Source: Candidatus Bathyarchaeota archaeon
GTDB taxonomy: Archaea > Thermoproteota > Bathyarchaeia > TCS64
Direction: 5' to 3'
Length of the DNA stretch: 64,000 nucleotides
Assembly (NCBI GenBank): GCA_043826455.1
Contig: JBDRQD010000039.1
Coordinates: 923-64,922, forward strand
Part shown: positions 54,837-64,000 of the stretch, one piece after another
Layout of the letters: each line of letters opens with the position of its first letter
Position numbering within the stretch: position 1 is the stretch's first letter
The notes under the pieces: generated by a model
What the model was told of the DNA's origin: nothing
Seen by the model: the letters and a program-made list of their open reading frames with translations, nothing else
Databases searched by the model: none
Made by a program: the position numbers and the translations under genes

Positions 54837-55751
54837 ATGGAATTCCCAGTGGCTGGATCGTGGGCCCCGCGGATAATGTTTAAACTCCTCCGTTCCCACT
54901 CATCTTCTGATTTTATGGCAATAATAGATACGCTCCTCAGCAACATATGGGTCATCTTCCTGTTCTTCACTCTCATATACCCCCGCCTACAGCAGGGGCT
55001 CATCCAGAACGCGAGGTCAAGCGACCTCAGTAGACTAGGAAAAAAACGGGGAACCAGCGTCATAACACTCATCCACAGACAGGAGACCCTCAGCCTCTTC
55101 GGGTTACCCATCAGCAGGTACATAGACATAGACGACAGCGAGGACCTACTCCGAGCCATTAGGCTGACACCCGACGACCAGCCCATAGACCTCATAATCC
55201 ACACGCCGGGCGGCTTAGCCCTGGCCGCCACCCAGATAGCCTTCGCACTAAAAGCCCACAAGGGCAAGACCACCGTCATGGTCCCCCACTACTCCATGAG
55301 CGGCGGCACCCTAATCGCCCTCGCAGCCGACGAGATACTCATGGACGCCCACGCCGTCCTAGGCCCCGTGGACCCCCAGATAGGGACAAGCACCGGCTCC
55401 TTCGCAGCCTCAAGCATACTAAAGGTTGTGGAGAAAAAGGAGCCCAAGGACACGGACGATGAAACCATGTACCTGGCCGAGGAAGCCCGCAAGGCCATCG
55501 GGCAGATGAAGGACACCGTGAGGCAGCTCATAGGCGACAAGTATCCCCCCGACAGAATTGAGGCCATAATAAGCGACCTCGTAACCGGAAAATACACCCA
55601 CGACTTCCCTATAACGTCTGAGACAGTATGTAGTCTGCTCGGCCAATGCGCCTACCCTGAACTGCCTCTGGAGGTGTACACCCTGATGAACCTCTACAAG
55701 ATGGGTCAGCAGCGCAGACCCGGTGTCGAGTATGTCCCCATGGCCACCTGA
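54837..55751 (+). CDS. ClpP-fold serine protease of the SDH (serine dehydrogenase proteinase) family
   Basis: DLIIHTPGGLALAATQIA...MSGGTLIALAADEILM pattern plus an N-terminal TM segment. Confidence 0.6.
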   Translation: MEFPVAGSWAPRIMFKLLRSHSSSDFMAIIDTLLSNIWVIFLFFTLIYPRLQQGLIQNARSSDLSRLGKKRGTSVITLIHRQETLSLFGLPISRYIDIDDSEDLLRAIRLTPDDQPIDLIIHTPGGLALAATQIAFALKAHKGKTTVMVPHYSMSGGTLIALAADEILMDAHAVLGPVDPQIGTSTGSFAASSILKVVEKKEPKDTDDETMYLAEEARKAIGQMKDTVRQLIGDKYPPDRIEAIISDLVTGKYTHDFPITSETVCSLLGQCAYPELPLEVYTLMNLYKMGQQRRPGVEYVPMAT

Positions 55752-55802
55752 AGCAACAATTTTCTATACCTCCACGCACCATTGCTCTGAAAGGGTACCA
55801 GT

Positions 55803-56312
55803 ATGCTCAACGACCAGGAGATCAGGAGACTCATAGAGGAACACCAGCTAGTCACAGGGTACATTGACCTCGACACCCAGCTTCAGCCCAGCGGCTTCGA
55901 CATCAGCTTGGAGAGCGTGGAAGTCTTCAGAGGAGGTGGAGCCGTGGACTACAGCAACAAGGAGAGAGTGCTGGCCGAGACCGAGCCTCTCCTGCCTGAC
56001 AACGCGGACTGGTTCAATCTGGCTCAGGGATGCTACAAGGTAGTATACAACGAGACGGTGAGGATGCCCATCAACGTCGCGGCCTTAGCCAGAACCAGAT
56101 CCACACTGCTCCGCAACGGGGTAACCCTGGGCACCGCCGTATGGGACCCCGGGTACCAGGGACGCAGCAGCAGCCTCCTGATGGTTCACAACCCCCACGG
56201 CATCAGGCTCAAGAGAGACGCCAGGATAGCCCAGCTGATATTCTTCTACACGGGCAGGGTGGAGAAGGGGTACAGTGGCGCTTACCAGAACGAGCGCATA
56301 TCCAAGCCCTAG
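55803..56312 (+). CDS. dcd: dCTP deaminase / dUTPase-family protein
   Basis: 169 aa with a family-like N-terminus (LNDQEIRRLIE...) and a GYQG motif. Confidence 0.7.
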   Translation: MLNDQEIRRLIEEHQLVTGYIDLDTQLQPSGFDISLESVEVFRGGGAVDYSNKERVLAETEPLLPDNADWFNLAQGCYKVVYNETVRMPINVAALARTRSTLLRNGVTLGTAVWDPGYQGRSSSLLMVHNPHGIRLKRDARIAQLIFFYTGRVEKGYSGAYQNERISKP

Positions 56313-56401
56313 ATGGGGCACCAGGGGCACCATTACGGTCCGCCCGATTCAAAACGTATTTAAACGCTTCACCATTTGAAACTAGGCAACAGTGAGACAA
56401 A

Positions 56402-57886
56402 TTGTCAAGCCTATTCAGAACAAGATTAGCCAAGGAGTTTGACGACAGAACCGCCAGATTCCACACAAGCGTCTTCGAGGACCTCCGCATGTTCCAGGAG
56501 GACGTCGACGGCACCATGGCCCATGACATAATGCTGCATGAGCAGGGTATCATGGAGAAGGAGGACCTGAAGAAGATACTCTTAGCTCTCCAAGAGGTGA
56601 AGGAAGCCTGGGCCCAGGGCAAGGTGGAGGTTGGGGCGGAGTACGAGGACGTCCACGAGTACATCGAAGCCCAGGTCATAGAGAAGGTGGGCATCGAGGC
56701 GGGCGGCATGATGCACGCTGGCAGGAGCCGCAACGACCAGGTGGTCCTGGACATCAAGATGGTGACCCGGAAGGAGCTCATAGAGATCGCTGAAGACATC
56801 CTCAAGATGGTGGACGCCCTGCTGGAGCAGGCCAACGAGCACCTGGAGACACCCATGGTGCTCTACACCCACGGCCAGCACGCCATGATAGGCACCTTCG
56901 CCCACTACATGCTGGCCTACGCTGACCAGTTCCTCCGCGACTACCTCAGGATAAAGCAGTGCTACGAGCGCGTTAACATGAATCCTCTTGGAGCCACCGC
57001 CGTAGGCGGCACCACGCTGAGGATCAGCAGGCTCAGGACCAGCGAGCTCCTGGGCTTCGACGCCATCCAGGAGAACAGCATCGACGCCACAAGCAGCAGG
57101 GACTGGGCCGTGGAGACCGCCTCCGTGCTCAGCATCCTCATGGCTAACATGAGCAGGGCTGCAGCAGATATCGTCATGTGGAGCGGCAGGGAGTACGGCT
57201 ACGTGGAGCTCAGCGACCAGTACAGCAGTAGCAGCAGCATAATGCCCCAGAAGAAGAACCCCAGCACCATGGAGTTGGTGAGGGGCAAGTCCGCGGAGGT
57301 TTACGGCTGCCTCCAGGAACTCATGACCATGGTGAAGGGCCTGCCCACAGGCTACTACCAAGACCTCCAGCAGACTAAGATACCCCTCTGGAGGGCCTTC
57401 GACACAACCAGAACCAGCGTCGAGGCCTTCACAGGCATCATCAAGACCCTGAAGGTGAACAAGGAGGCAATGCTAGCCCAGACCAAGGGCAGCTACATAT
57501 ACAGCGTCCAGCTGGCCGAGGTGCTCCTAGAGAGCCTCAGCTTCCGAGAGGCCTACAAGGTCACAGCCACCGTGGTGAACAATCTCATCAAGGAGGGCAG
57601 GACCCTGGAGCAGCTGAAGGCCGAGGACGTTAAGAAGGTGGCCAAGGAGCTCTACGGTAAGGACATCAAGGTGAGCGGCAGCATCGCCGAGAAGATCAGC
57701 AACCCCTTGAAGGCCTTGGACAACCTGAGGAGCCCAGGTGGGCCCCAGCCCGCCGAGACCGCCATGCTGGTGGAGAACCGCAGCGAGCTGAGGCACCGGT
57801 ACCAGCAGGAGCTGGAGTTCCTCAAGATCAAGCTGGTGATAGCGGCCGACACCCTGAAGAACGCTGTCCAGACCTACACCTCCTAG
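56402..57886 (+). CDS. argH: Argininosuccinate lyase
   Basis: GRSRNDQV and SSIMPQKKNP signature motifs. Confidence 0.9.
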   Translation: MSSLFRTRLAKEFDDRTARFHTSVFEDLRMFQEDVDGTMAHDIMLHEQGIMEKEDLKKILLALQEVKEAWAQGKVEVGAEYEDVHEYIEAQVIEKVGIEAGGMMHAGRSRNDQVVLDIKMVTRKELIEIAEDILKMVDALLEQANEHLETPMVLYTHGQHAMIGTFAHYMLAYADQFLRDYLRIKQCYERVNMNPLGATAVGGTTLRISRLRTSELLGFDAIQENSIDATSSRDWAVETASVLSILMANMSRAAADIVMWSGREYGYVELSDQYSSSSSIMPQKKNPSTMELVRGKSAEVYGCLQELMTMVKGLPTGYYQDLQQTKIPLWRAFDTTRTSVEAFTGIIKTLKVNKEAMLAQTKGSYIYSVQLAEVLLESLSFREAYKVTATVVNNLIKEGRTLEQLKAEDVKKVAKELYGKDIKVSGSIAEKISNPLKALDNLRSPGGPQPAETAMLVENRSELRHRYQQELEFLKIKLVIAADTLKNAVQTYTS

Positions 57887-57928
57887 AGGTGGGGTTTAAA
57901 CCCTACCGGCTCCTAATCTCTTCGAACT

Positions 57929-58672
57929 GTGTTGAAGAACAGGTGGGTTCTGGTAGGCCTCGCCTTAATCCTCGGGGGGGTCGTCTTCATCGACTACATT
58001 GCACAGCTCCTCTACCCGTCCGTGGATCTGGGGGCCCTCAGCGTCCCTGACACACTCAGCGGAACACACACCTACAACTTCTATAAGGATACCGCCTTCG
58101 TCGGCACCCACACCTACAGCGTCGCCAAGGTCCCCGGAGCCCAGGGCACAATCTTCGCCATGAGCTCCGGGACCTTCATCACGTTTGAGGGTAAGTCCCT
58201 CGCCCTTGAGGGCTTGTACCGGTTCAACTCAGGTTTCCGGCCCGTAAGTTACGGGCTCAACGTCACTGAGGGTGGCGAGGTCACTTACTTTGTGTGCGAC
58301 TTCAAGCCTGGGGAGGTTACCACCACAGTCAGGTTCCAGGGGGAGACAGCTGACGTGGTAACCGATATCGAGGAAGGCACGCTGCTGGTTGAGAACTCCA
58401 TGCCTGGCTACTGGGAAATTCTGCTCCAGTCCGCGTCCTTGGAGAGGGGGAGACGGCACACCCTCGGCCTGTTCATTCCTCAGGCCGCCAGGGTGTTCCA
58501 GGTGACGCTTTTCGTGGAGAATGACCTTGAGCAAGTCCGGGTGGAGGATAAGACACTGGAATGCATGGTTGTGAAGGCTTCTGAGCTGGGTCTAGCTTTC
58601 TACGTTCACCAAGGCGAGTTGGTCCAGTACAGGGACGAGGCTCAGGGCGTCGCCATGAATAAGGTGTCTTGA
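57929..58672 (+). CDS. Hypothetical membrane-anchored protein (247 aa)
   Basis: N-terminal TM helix followed by a beta-rich sequence. No recognisable family. Confidence 0.5.
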   Translation: MLKNRWVLVGLALILGGVVFIDYIAQLLYPSVDLGALSVPDTLSGTHTYNFYKDTAFVGTHTYSVAKVPGAQGTIFAMSSGTFITFEGKSLALEGLYRFNSGFRPVSYGLNVTEGGEVTYFVCDFKPGEVTTTVRFQGETADVVTDIEEGTLLVENSMPGYWEILLQSASLERGRRHTLGLFIPQAARVFQVTLFVENDLEQVRVEDKTLECMVVKASELGLAFYVHQGELVQYRDEAQGVAMNKVS

Positions 58673-58699
58673 AGCCTGAGGCGCAGCTTTAAGTATGGT

Positions 58700-59632
58700 T
58701 TAGGAAGCGCCCATGGCTAGGGCCATGGCGCCGTATAGAACCACGTCCTCTCCCAGGGGGGTTATCATGATCCTGGGCAGCCTGTTGATGGCGTGCTTAG
58801 CCATGTAGTGCTCTATGGGCATCAGTATCAGGTCAGGGTTGTTGAGGGCTATGCTTCCGCCTACGGTTATCAGCCCGGGGTCATAGGCGTTCACTATGTC
58901 TGCGAAGCCGATGGCGTTGACCTTGCCTATCTCTTCCACCACCATGAGGGCGTGGTCGTCTCCCTGCTTGGCTGCGTCGAAGATCATCTTGACCGTGATG
59001 TTCTTGGGGTTTCCTCCGCAGAGGTCGCTGAGGAGGCTGCTCCTCCACTTCGTGCCCCTGAGAATGGTTCTGGCGTAGTAGGGGATGTTTTTTCCTCCGC
59101 TGAAGGCCTCCCAGTGGCCCGGGCCGCCGCAGCCGCACAGTATTCTGCTGTTGGGGTGTATGGTGAGGTGGCCTATCTCCACGGCGTTGCCGTCCTTACC
59201 CATGAGGAGATGGCCGTCCACTATAGCTCCGCCGCCCAGCCCTGTGCTCATGGTGACGTAGAAGAGGTTCTCGGTGTCCTGGCCTGCGCCGAACACGTGT
59301 TCCCCCAGGACGCCGGCGCTGCAGTCGTTGACTATCTTGATGGGGACGTCGTACATTGTTTTCAGGGGCTCTGTGATAGGTATCTCCTTGTAGGGGTAGT
59401 TGGGGGTGTTGGTGATCATTCCCCTTGTGTAGTCGATGGGCCCTATGGAGCCGATGCCGATGGCCACGGGGTTCTCCTCCAGTTCGCTTATCAACCTTAT
59501 GATCTGGAGTGGTATGCCTTCGGGGCCGCCGGCTTTGTCGGTTTCCTCTGAGGCCTTTCTTTTTAACCCGGATTCGTCGCCGCACGCGATGCGGATATAC
59601 GTGGCTCCGATATCCACGGCTACGTAGGACAA
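58700..59632 (-). CDS. ROK-family sugar kinase
   Basis: VAVDIGATYIR N-terminus and CGCGGPGHWE zinc motif. Confidence 0.8.
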   Translation of the reverse strand: MSYVAVDIGATYIRIACGDESGLKRKASEETDKAGGPEGIPLQIIRLISELEENPVAIGIGSIGPIDYTRGMITNTPNYPYKEIPITEPLKTMYDVPIKIVNDCSAGVLGEHVFGAGQDTENLFYVTMSTGLGGGAIVDGHLLMGKDGNAVEIGHLTIHPNSRILCGCGGPGHWEAFSGGKNIPYYARTILRGTKWRSSLLSDLCGGNPKNITVKMIFDAAKQGDDHALMVVEEIGKVNAIGFADIVNAYDPGLITVGGSIALNNPDLILMPIEHYMAKHAINRLPRIMITPLGEDVVLYGAMALAMGAS

Positions 59633-59668
59633 GGCAGTTCAAAGAAAATGGTTGAGGTAGATAAATGG

Positions 59669-60691
59669 TTACCGCTTGGCCGCGATACTGGTCTTGAGGC
59701 TGCCTATCTTCTCTATCCAGGCTTCGAGCTTGTCGCCGGGCTTCAGGAACAGCTTGGGGTCTGTCTTGCCGTCCACCATGGGGGTCTGGTCCATGGCTGT
59801 GCCGCTGCAGGTTCCTCCGCAGATTATGTCTCCGGGGTAGAAGACCATGTCTCTGGTGAGGTGGCTGAGCCACCAGTCGTAGCCTCTGATGATGCTCTCC
59901 ATTGTGCCGTCCTGGCGTAGCTCTCCGTTGACCCACTGCTTAATCCGCAGCTTGTAGGGGTCACCGATCTCGTCGGCCGTCACGATGCAGGGGCCCATGG
60001 GGGCGCATCCGTCGAAGTTCTTGGCGTAGAACAGGCCGTCCGGTCCGGGTCTCCTGCCTCCGTCTCTGATGCTGAGGTCGTTGACGATGGTGTACCCGTA
60101 GATGATGCTCACGGCGTCTTTCTCGGCCACGTCCTTGCACTGTTTGCCGATGACGGCTGCTAGCTCCACCTCGTAGTCGAGGCGCTGGGTCCTGCTTGGG
60201 TAGGGGGTCTCCCCGCCTGGGCCTATGACGCATCCGGCGTGTTTCCAGAAGCCCCAGGCCGGGTACTCACCCTTCTCTACCTGTTTCTTGAGGTCCTCGA
60301 TGGTGGTCGTGGTGTCGCCGCGTAGGGTCTTGGCTGCGTCCAGGCTGTGGTCGTAGAAGTTGGCTCCGGCCATGGCTATCTTGGTGGCTTTGCTGGGCAG
60401 GGGGGCGTGGAGTTTGACCTCCTCACCTGAGTAGTGGAGCTTCTCGCCTCTGGGCCCTTGCTTGTTGCCTGCCTTGACGTGGGCCACGGCTTTCTTTGCT
60501 TCGTCCAGCCCCTTCTTGCCTTCCTGGATGAAGGCCAGGAGGTCTGCGGGTACTGTGGCGTCCGCCTTGGCTTGTGGCCGGGGTTCTCCTCGGCTCTTGA
60601 GGTAGGCTGCGTAGGCGTGGTTGAGGTCTGTGACTGTTCCGTCTTCCTGGAGGGCTCCGAGCCTCCCGGTGTTGTATGTGACTAGTTTCAT
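59669..60691 (-). CDS. Fumarylacetoacetate hydrolase family protein
   Basis: C-terminal FAH domain (YEVELAAVIG, GDIICGGTCSG). Confidence 0.85.
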   Translation of the reverse strand: MKLVTYNTGRLGALQEDGTVTDLNHAYAAYLKSRGEPRPQAKADATVPADLLAFIQEGKKGLDEAKKAVAHVKAGNKQGPRGEKLHYSGEEVKLHAPLPSKATKIAMAGANFYDHSLDAAKTLRGDTTTTIEDLKKQVEKGEYPAWGFWKHAGCVIGPGGETPYPSRTQRLDYEVELAAVIGKQCKDVAEKDAVSIIYGYTIVNDLSIRDGGRRPGPDGLFYAKNFDGCAPMGPCIVTADEIGDPYKLRIKQWVNGELRQDGTMESIIRGYDWWLSHLTRDMVFYPGDIICGGTCSGTAMDQTPMVDGKTDPKLFLKPGDKLEAWIEKIGSLKTSIAAKR

Positions 60692-60963
60692 GGATTGATG
60701 ATGGTGGGTTTTGTGTTTAAAGACATTGGGGTGGTTTGTGTGTGTGCACGTGGGGGGGGGGGAGGGGGGGTCCCATCACCGCCACCGCGGTTCCCGGTTT
60801 TCAGGCTTGTTTACTTGATCGGAGGCTTTTTCAGGGTTTCTAGGCGGTGGTGGTGGTGGGTGATGTCCGCCGCGGGGCGTCAGTTGTTCAACAATGGCTT
60901 GACTGCTGTGTGGAAGCGTGTGATTTGAGGCGGGGCTGTTTTTCTGGAAGCTGTCAAGGCTGA
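60692..60963 (-). repeat. A+C-rich intergenic element, copy B (inverted; G+T-rich as read on the + strand)
   Basis: The reverse complement of 60731-60875 aligns to 11781-11915. Weaker similarity extends across the whole intergenic region. Confidence 0.65.
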
Positions 60964-62199
60964 TCATTTGCCTGGCGGGTTAGGCGTGGTGACGGTCATC
61001 TCTGCCTCAAGATTCTCGGGGACCCTGGAGAGTATCAGGAGGCCGGCGAGCACCAGGAGCGAGGAGAGGGCCGCGCTGGTCAGTAGGCTGGCGGCGTCAC
61101 CCAGGTAGCCTCCCAGGAGGGGCCCGAAGGCCCAGGACAGCCCGTTGATGAACGAGAAGTAGCCGGCGTAGACGCCTCTTCTCCCGGGGATGAGGTTCAT
61201 CTGCCACGCGAACCACGCCGAGTTGATGAAGGCCCAGTAGGCTCCGCTGAGGAGGTACACCGGCACTAGGTAGGTTACTTCGGGGGCCAACGTGAAGACC
61301 AGGGGGTGCATGGCCGCCAGGAGGAAGCCTATCAGCATCACTCTTTTAGGCCCATCCCTGTCCACGATCACTCCGAGGGGCGGAGTCCCAAGGAGTCTGA
61401 TCAGGAAGGCCACGCTGTTCAGGGCCCCTATCTGGGGCTTTGAAGCGTTCAGCACGTTGACTAGGTACAGGGTGAGTATGGGGCCGAACATGGCGATGCC
61501 GAAGCCTCTGACGCTGATGCCGACGCACCACCTGGTGTAGGGGCCGCCTTCTCTGCTAACCTTGGGCAGCTCCCTCAACCCGGTCTTCAGCTCTTGGAAG
61601 GCCATCTTGATGAGGTCTACGTAGCCGATGTCCTTTTCCTGGGGGGTCGAGAGCCCGAGCCTTATCAACCCGGCTATGATAAGGTTGAGGACGGTGTAGC
61701 TCAGGAAGATGTACTTGTAGCCTATAGATGGGATGAAAATCCCTGCGAGGAAGCTTCCGACGATGTTTCCCGCGAACCCCATGGGGTTGTAGATGCCCAT
61801 GAATCGGGCTCTTCTCGAAGGCTCCAGGACCTCCGCGAATCTCACAGTGATGATGACCTCGGATATGGAGCCTAGTAAGGCCTGGGCTGAGGTGGCTAGG
61901 ATCACCTGCCAAGGATTTGTTGATAGTATCACAGGGACGCTGAATATCGCTGTGAACAGGAACCCGGTGGACACCATCTTCCAGGTGGTGCCGATCCTGT
62001 CCCCTAACCGGCCCCACGCGAGCTGCATGAAGGTGGAGGCTAGACCGGGGACGAAGGCAAGGAGACCCACATGGAAGGCTGTTCCTCCCAGGTCTAGTAG
62101 GAACACTGAGAGGAAGGCCCAAACCCCGTTTACTATCCCATGGATGAAGCTGTAGCTCAGAAGAATCGATGAGTATGTGCCGTTTCTTTCCTTGAACAA
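60964..62199 (-). CDS. MFS transporter
   Basis: 411 aa multi-TM protein. Confidence 0.8.
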   Translation of the reverse strand: MFKERNGTYSSILLSYSFIHGIVNGVWAFLSVFLLDLGGTAFHVGLLAFVPGLASTFMQLAWGRLGDRIGTTWKMVSTGFLFTAIFSVPVILSTNPWQVILATSAQALLGSISEVIITVRFAEVLEPSRRARFMGIYNPMGFAGNIVGSFLAGIFIPSIGYKYIFLSYTVLNLIIAGLIRLGLSTPQEKDIGYVDLIKMAFQELKTGLRELPKVSREGGPYTRWCVGISVRGFGIAMFGPILTLYLVNVLNASKPQIGALNSVAFLIRLLGTPPLGVIVDRDGPKRVMLIGFLLAAMHPLVFTLAPEVTYLVPVYLLSGAYWAFINSAWFAWQMNLIPGRRGVYAGYFSFINGLSWAFGPLLGGYLGDAASLLTSAALSSLLVLAGLLILSRVPENLEAEMTVTTPNPPGK

Positions 62200-62424
62200 G
62201 CCTGGTTATACGCCTTCAAATATATTTATTGGCTTTGATGAGCGAAGACAGTTTATTAAGCATTATTGACCAGTAATTTAACAATACAAATACAATTCGC
62301 AGCTTTTTGAAGCGCATATATTAACATCATTATTTCATGGGTATGTACTCTACTTAGAAAGGATAGAAGGAATTAAATCCTCTAATTGATCTGCTTCTCC
62401 CATTCCTGAAAGGAGACAAGAGTC

Positions 62425-63225
62425 TTGGAGGTACGATTTCACGGCAGAGGCGGGCAGGGCGCCGTCACAGGCGTCAGGATACTCGCCACTGCGCTGTACT
62501 ATGAGGGCAAGTTCACCCAGGGCATCCCCATGTACGGGACCGAGAGGCGCGGCGCCCCAGTGGTGAGCTTCCTCCGCGTCGGCGACAGCAGGATCAACGA
62601 GAGGGACCTGGTCCACGAGCCCGATATGGTGGTGGTCCTTGACCCCCTTCTGGGCAGGACAGTCCCGGTCACGGATGGCCTGAAGAAAGGCGGCCTGGTC
62701 CTCATCAACCACCCTAAGAGCGGCACTGAGACGGGCCTTGGAGGAAAATTCAGGGTAGCCACGGTAGACGCCACTAAGGTCGCCATGGAGGAGATCGGGC
62801 GCCCCATCACCAACACAGCCATCCTGGGCGCCTTCGCCAAGGTCACGGGCATCGTCAGCCTGGATTCCATAGAGAAGGCCATAAAAGAGCAGTGGAGCGG
62901 CCGAATAGCCGACATGAACATCAGGGCCGTGCGGAAGGCCTACGACCAAGCCTCTGAGCCAGTGGACGTCTCCGGCGTCAAACCCATGGAGGTCGTCAAG
63001 CCTACGCCCGGGGACAGGGACGTCTCCAGTTGGAGGCTGTTCAGGCCAGCGCTGGACAAAGACAAGTGCATCGGCTGCTGCCGCTGCTACATCCTGTGCC
63101 CCGAAGTGGCCATCAGTATGGTGGACAAGAAAGCCGACATCAACTATAGACACTGCAAAGGCTGCGGCATCTGTGTGGAGGAGTGCCCCGTGAAGGCAAT
63201 AGAGTTCGTTCAGGAGACCATCTAG
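62425..63225 (+). CDS. porG: 2-oxoacid (pyruvate):ferredoxin oxidoreductase gamma-delta fusion subunit
   Basis: Gamma-type N-terminus RFHGRGGQGAVT and a C-terminal 2x[4Fe-4S] region (CIGCCRC...CP, CKGCGICVEECP). TTG start. Confidence 0.85.
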   Translation: MEVRFHGRGGQGAVTGVRILATALYYEGKFTQGIPMYGTERRGAPVVSFLRVGDSRINERDLVHEPDMVVVLDPLLGRTVPVTDGLKKGGLVLINHPKSGTETGLGGKFRVATVDATKVAMEEIGRPITNTAILGAFAKVTGIVSLDSIEKAIKEQWSGRIADMNIRAVRKAYDQASEPVDVSGVKPMEVVKPTPGDRDVSSWRLFRPALDKDKCIGCCRCYILCPEVAISMVDKKADINYRHCKGCGICVEECPVKAIEFVQETI

Positions 63226-63237
63226 GAGGAGAAATGA

Positions 63238-64000
63238 ATGGCAAAGTTTGAGGTAATGGTCGGAAACAAGGCTGTGGCCTACGCTGCCAAGTTGGCCCGC
63301 GTCAAGTACATCAGCTCCTTCCCCATCACTCCCCAGACAACCATCGTCCAGTATCTGGCTGACATGATAGCCAACGGTGAGCTGGACGCAGACTACGTCA
63401 CTATGGAGGGGGAGCTCAGCTGCCAGAGCAGCGCCATGACCGCGGCCACAACGGTCCGCAGCTTCACTGCCACCAGCGGCCCCGGGCTCCTCTACATGCA
63501 CCACCCCATGCACATGACTACATGGGCCAGGTTGCCTCTGGTCATGGCCGTGGTTCACAGGAGCACCAAGGGAATGCAGCCCGACCAGATGGACACCATG
63601 AGTCAGAGGGACACGGGCTGGCTCATGTTCGAGTGCCAGAACAGCCAGGAGCTCCTGGACACCGGCATCATGGCCTTCAAGATCGCCGAGGACGAGAGGG
63701 TCCGGCTCCCTACCATCTTCATGGGGGACGGGTATATCCTCAGCTACACCTCCGAGCCTGTGGAGATACCCGCCCAGGAGGAGGTGGACGCGTTCCTTCC
63801 ACCCTACAAGAGGCCCTACCCCATGTTCCCTGAGGAGGCGAAGGAGGCCATGGCCCTAATGTCTCAGATGTGGAACCCCTTTGTGGACCCCCAGAACGTG
63901 TGGAAGCTGCAGCAGGAGGCAGCCATGAACGCCAAGACGGTCATCAGGGAGGTGAACGCCGATTTCGAGAAGTGGTTCGGCAGAAGCTACGGCAACGGCC
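63238..64000 (+). CDS. porA: 2-oxoacid:ferredoxin oxidoreductase alpha subunit (3' end outside the window)
   Basis: My own translation is open from ATG 63238 to the window end (MAKFEVMVGNKAVAYAAKLARV...FPITPQT...). GGAGG lies 8 nt upstream. Confidence 0.85.
   Translation, partial: MAKFEVMVGNKAVAYAAKLARVKYISSFPITPQTTIVQYLADMIANGELDADYVTMEGELSCQSSAMTAATTVRSFTATSGPGLLYMHHPMHMTTWARLPLVMAVVHRSTKGMQPDQMDTMSQRDTGWLMFECQNSQELLDTGIMAFKIAEDERVRLPTIFMGDGYILSYTSEPVEIPAQEEVDAFLPPYKRPYPMFPEEAKEAMALMSQMWNPFVDPQNVWKLQQEAAMNAKTVIREVNADFEKWFGRSYGNG

Noticed and set aside
1-64000. Search for defence islands, toxin-antitoxin pairs, integrases, transposases, reverse transcriptases or viral genes.
   Set aside because: No ORF in the track shows the corresponding motifs: no DDE/HUH/tyrosine-recombinase signatures, and no Cas, RT, PIN or Abi-like patterns that I can recognise. 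The XRE regulator at 54629 pairs with a DUF2178 membrane protein, which is a common non-TA arrangement.

Overview
This is a GC-rich archaeal chromosomal window. The archaeal hallmarks are aRF1, RtcB, RNase P protein Rpp21, diphthine synthase, CTP-dependent riboflavin kinase plus RibL, an initiator tRNA with A1:U72, and 2-oxoacid:ferredoxin oxidoreductase. I call about 70 protein genes, mostly housekeeping and heterotrophic metabolism. They include seven MFS transporters, a DASS permease, an ABC importer, many amidohydrolase/creatininase/D-aminoacylase/MlrC-type hydrolases, F420/flavin-type oxidoreductases and Lrp/AsnC regulators. There are three tRNA genes (iMet-CAT, Arg-GCG, Leu-CAA) and one decayed tRNA-iMet fragment. 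I see no CRISPR array, integrase, transposase or recognisable defence gene, so I cannot point to a novel protein-encoded system. The most unusual signal is at nucleotide level. A three-copy intergenic element (11678-11919, 50006-50332, 60692-60963 inverted) sits at the peak of three kb-scale zones. In each zone one strand is strongly enriched in A+C and depleted in G+T, up to about 92% A+C, and the bias fades with distance through the adjacent genes. The most extreme element copy differs from the others mostly by G->A and T->C changes, which suggests strand-specific transition hypermutation rather than ordinary codon usage. Other second-look items are a diverged ~340-bp inverted repeat pair bracketing an 8.6-kb housekeeping segment next to tRNA-Arg, a tRNA-iMet partial duplication bracketing a flavodoxin gene, a GNAT gene with an in-frame TGA, a recurring T-tract-terminated ~40-nt box, and several gene-architecture oddities.
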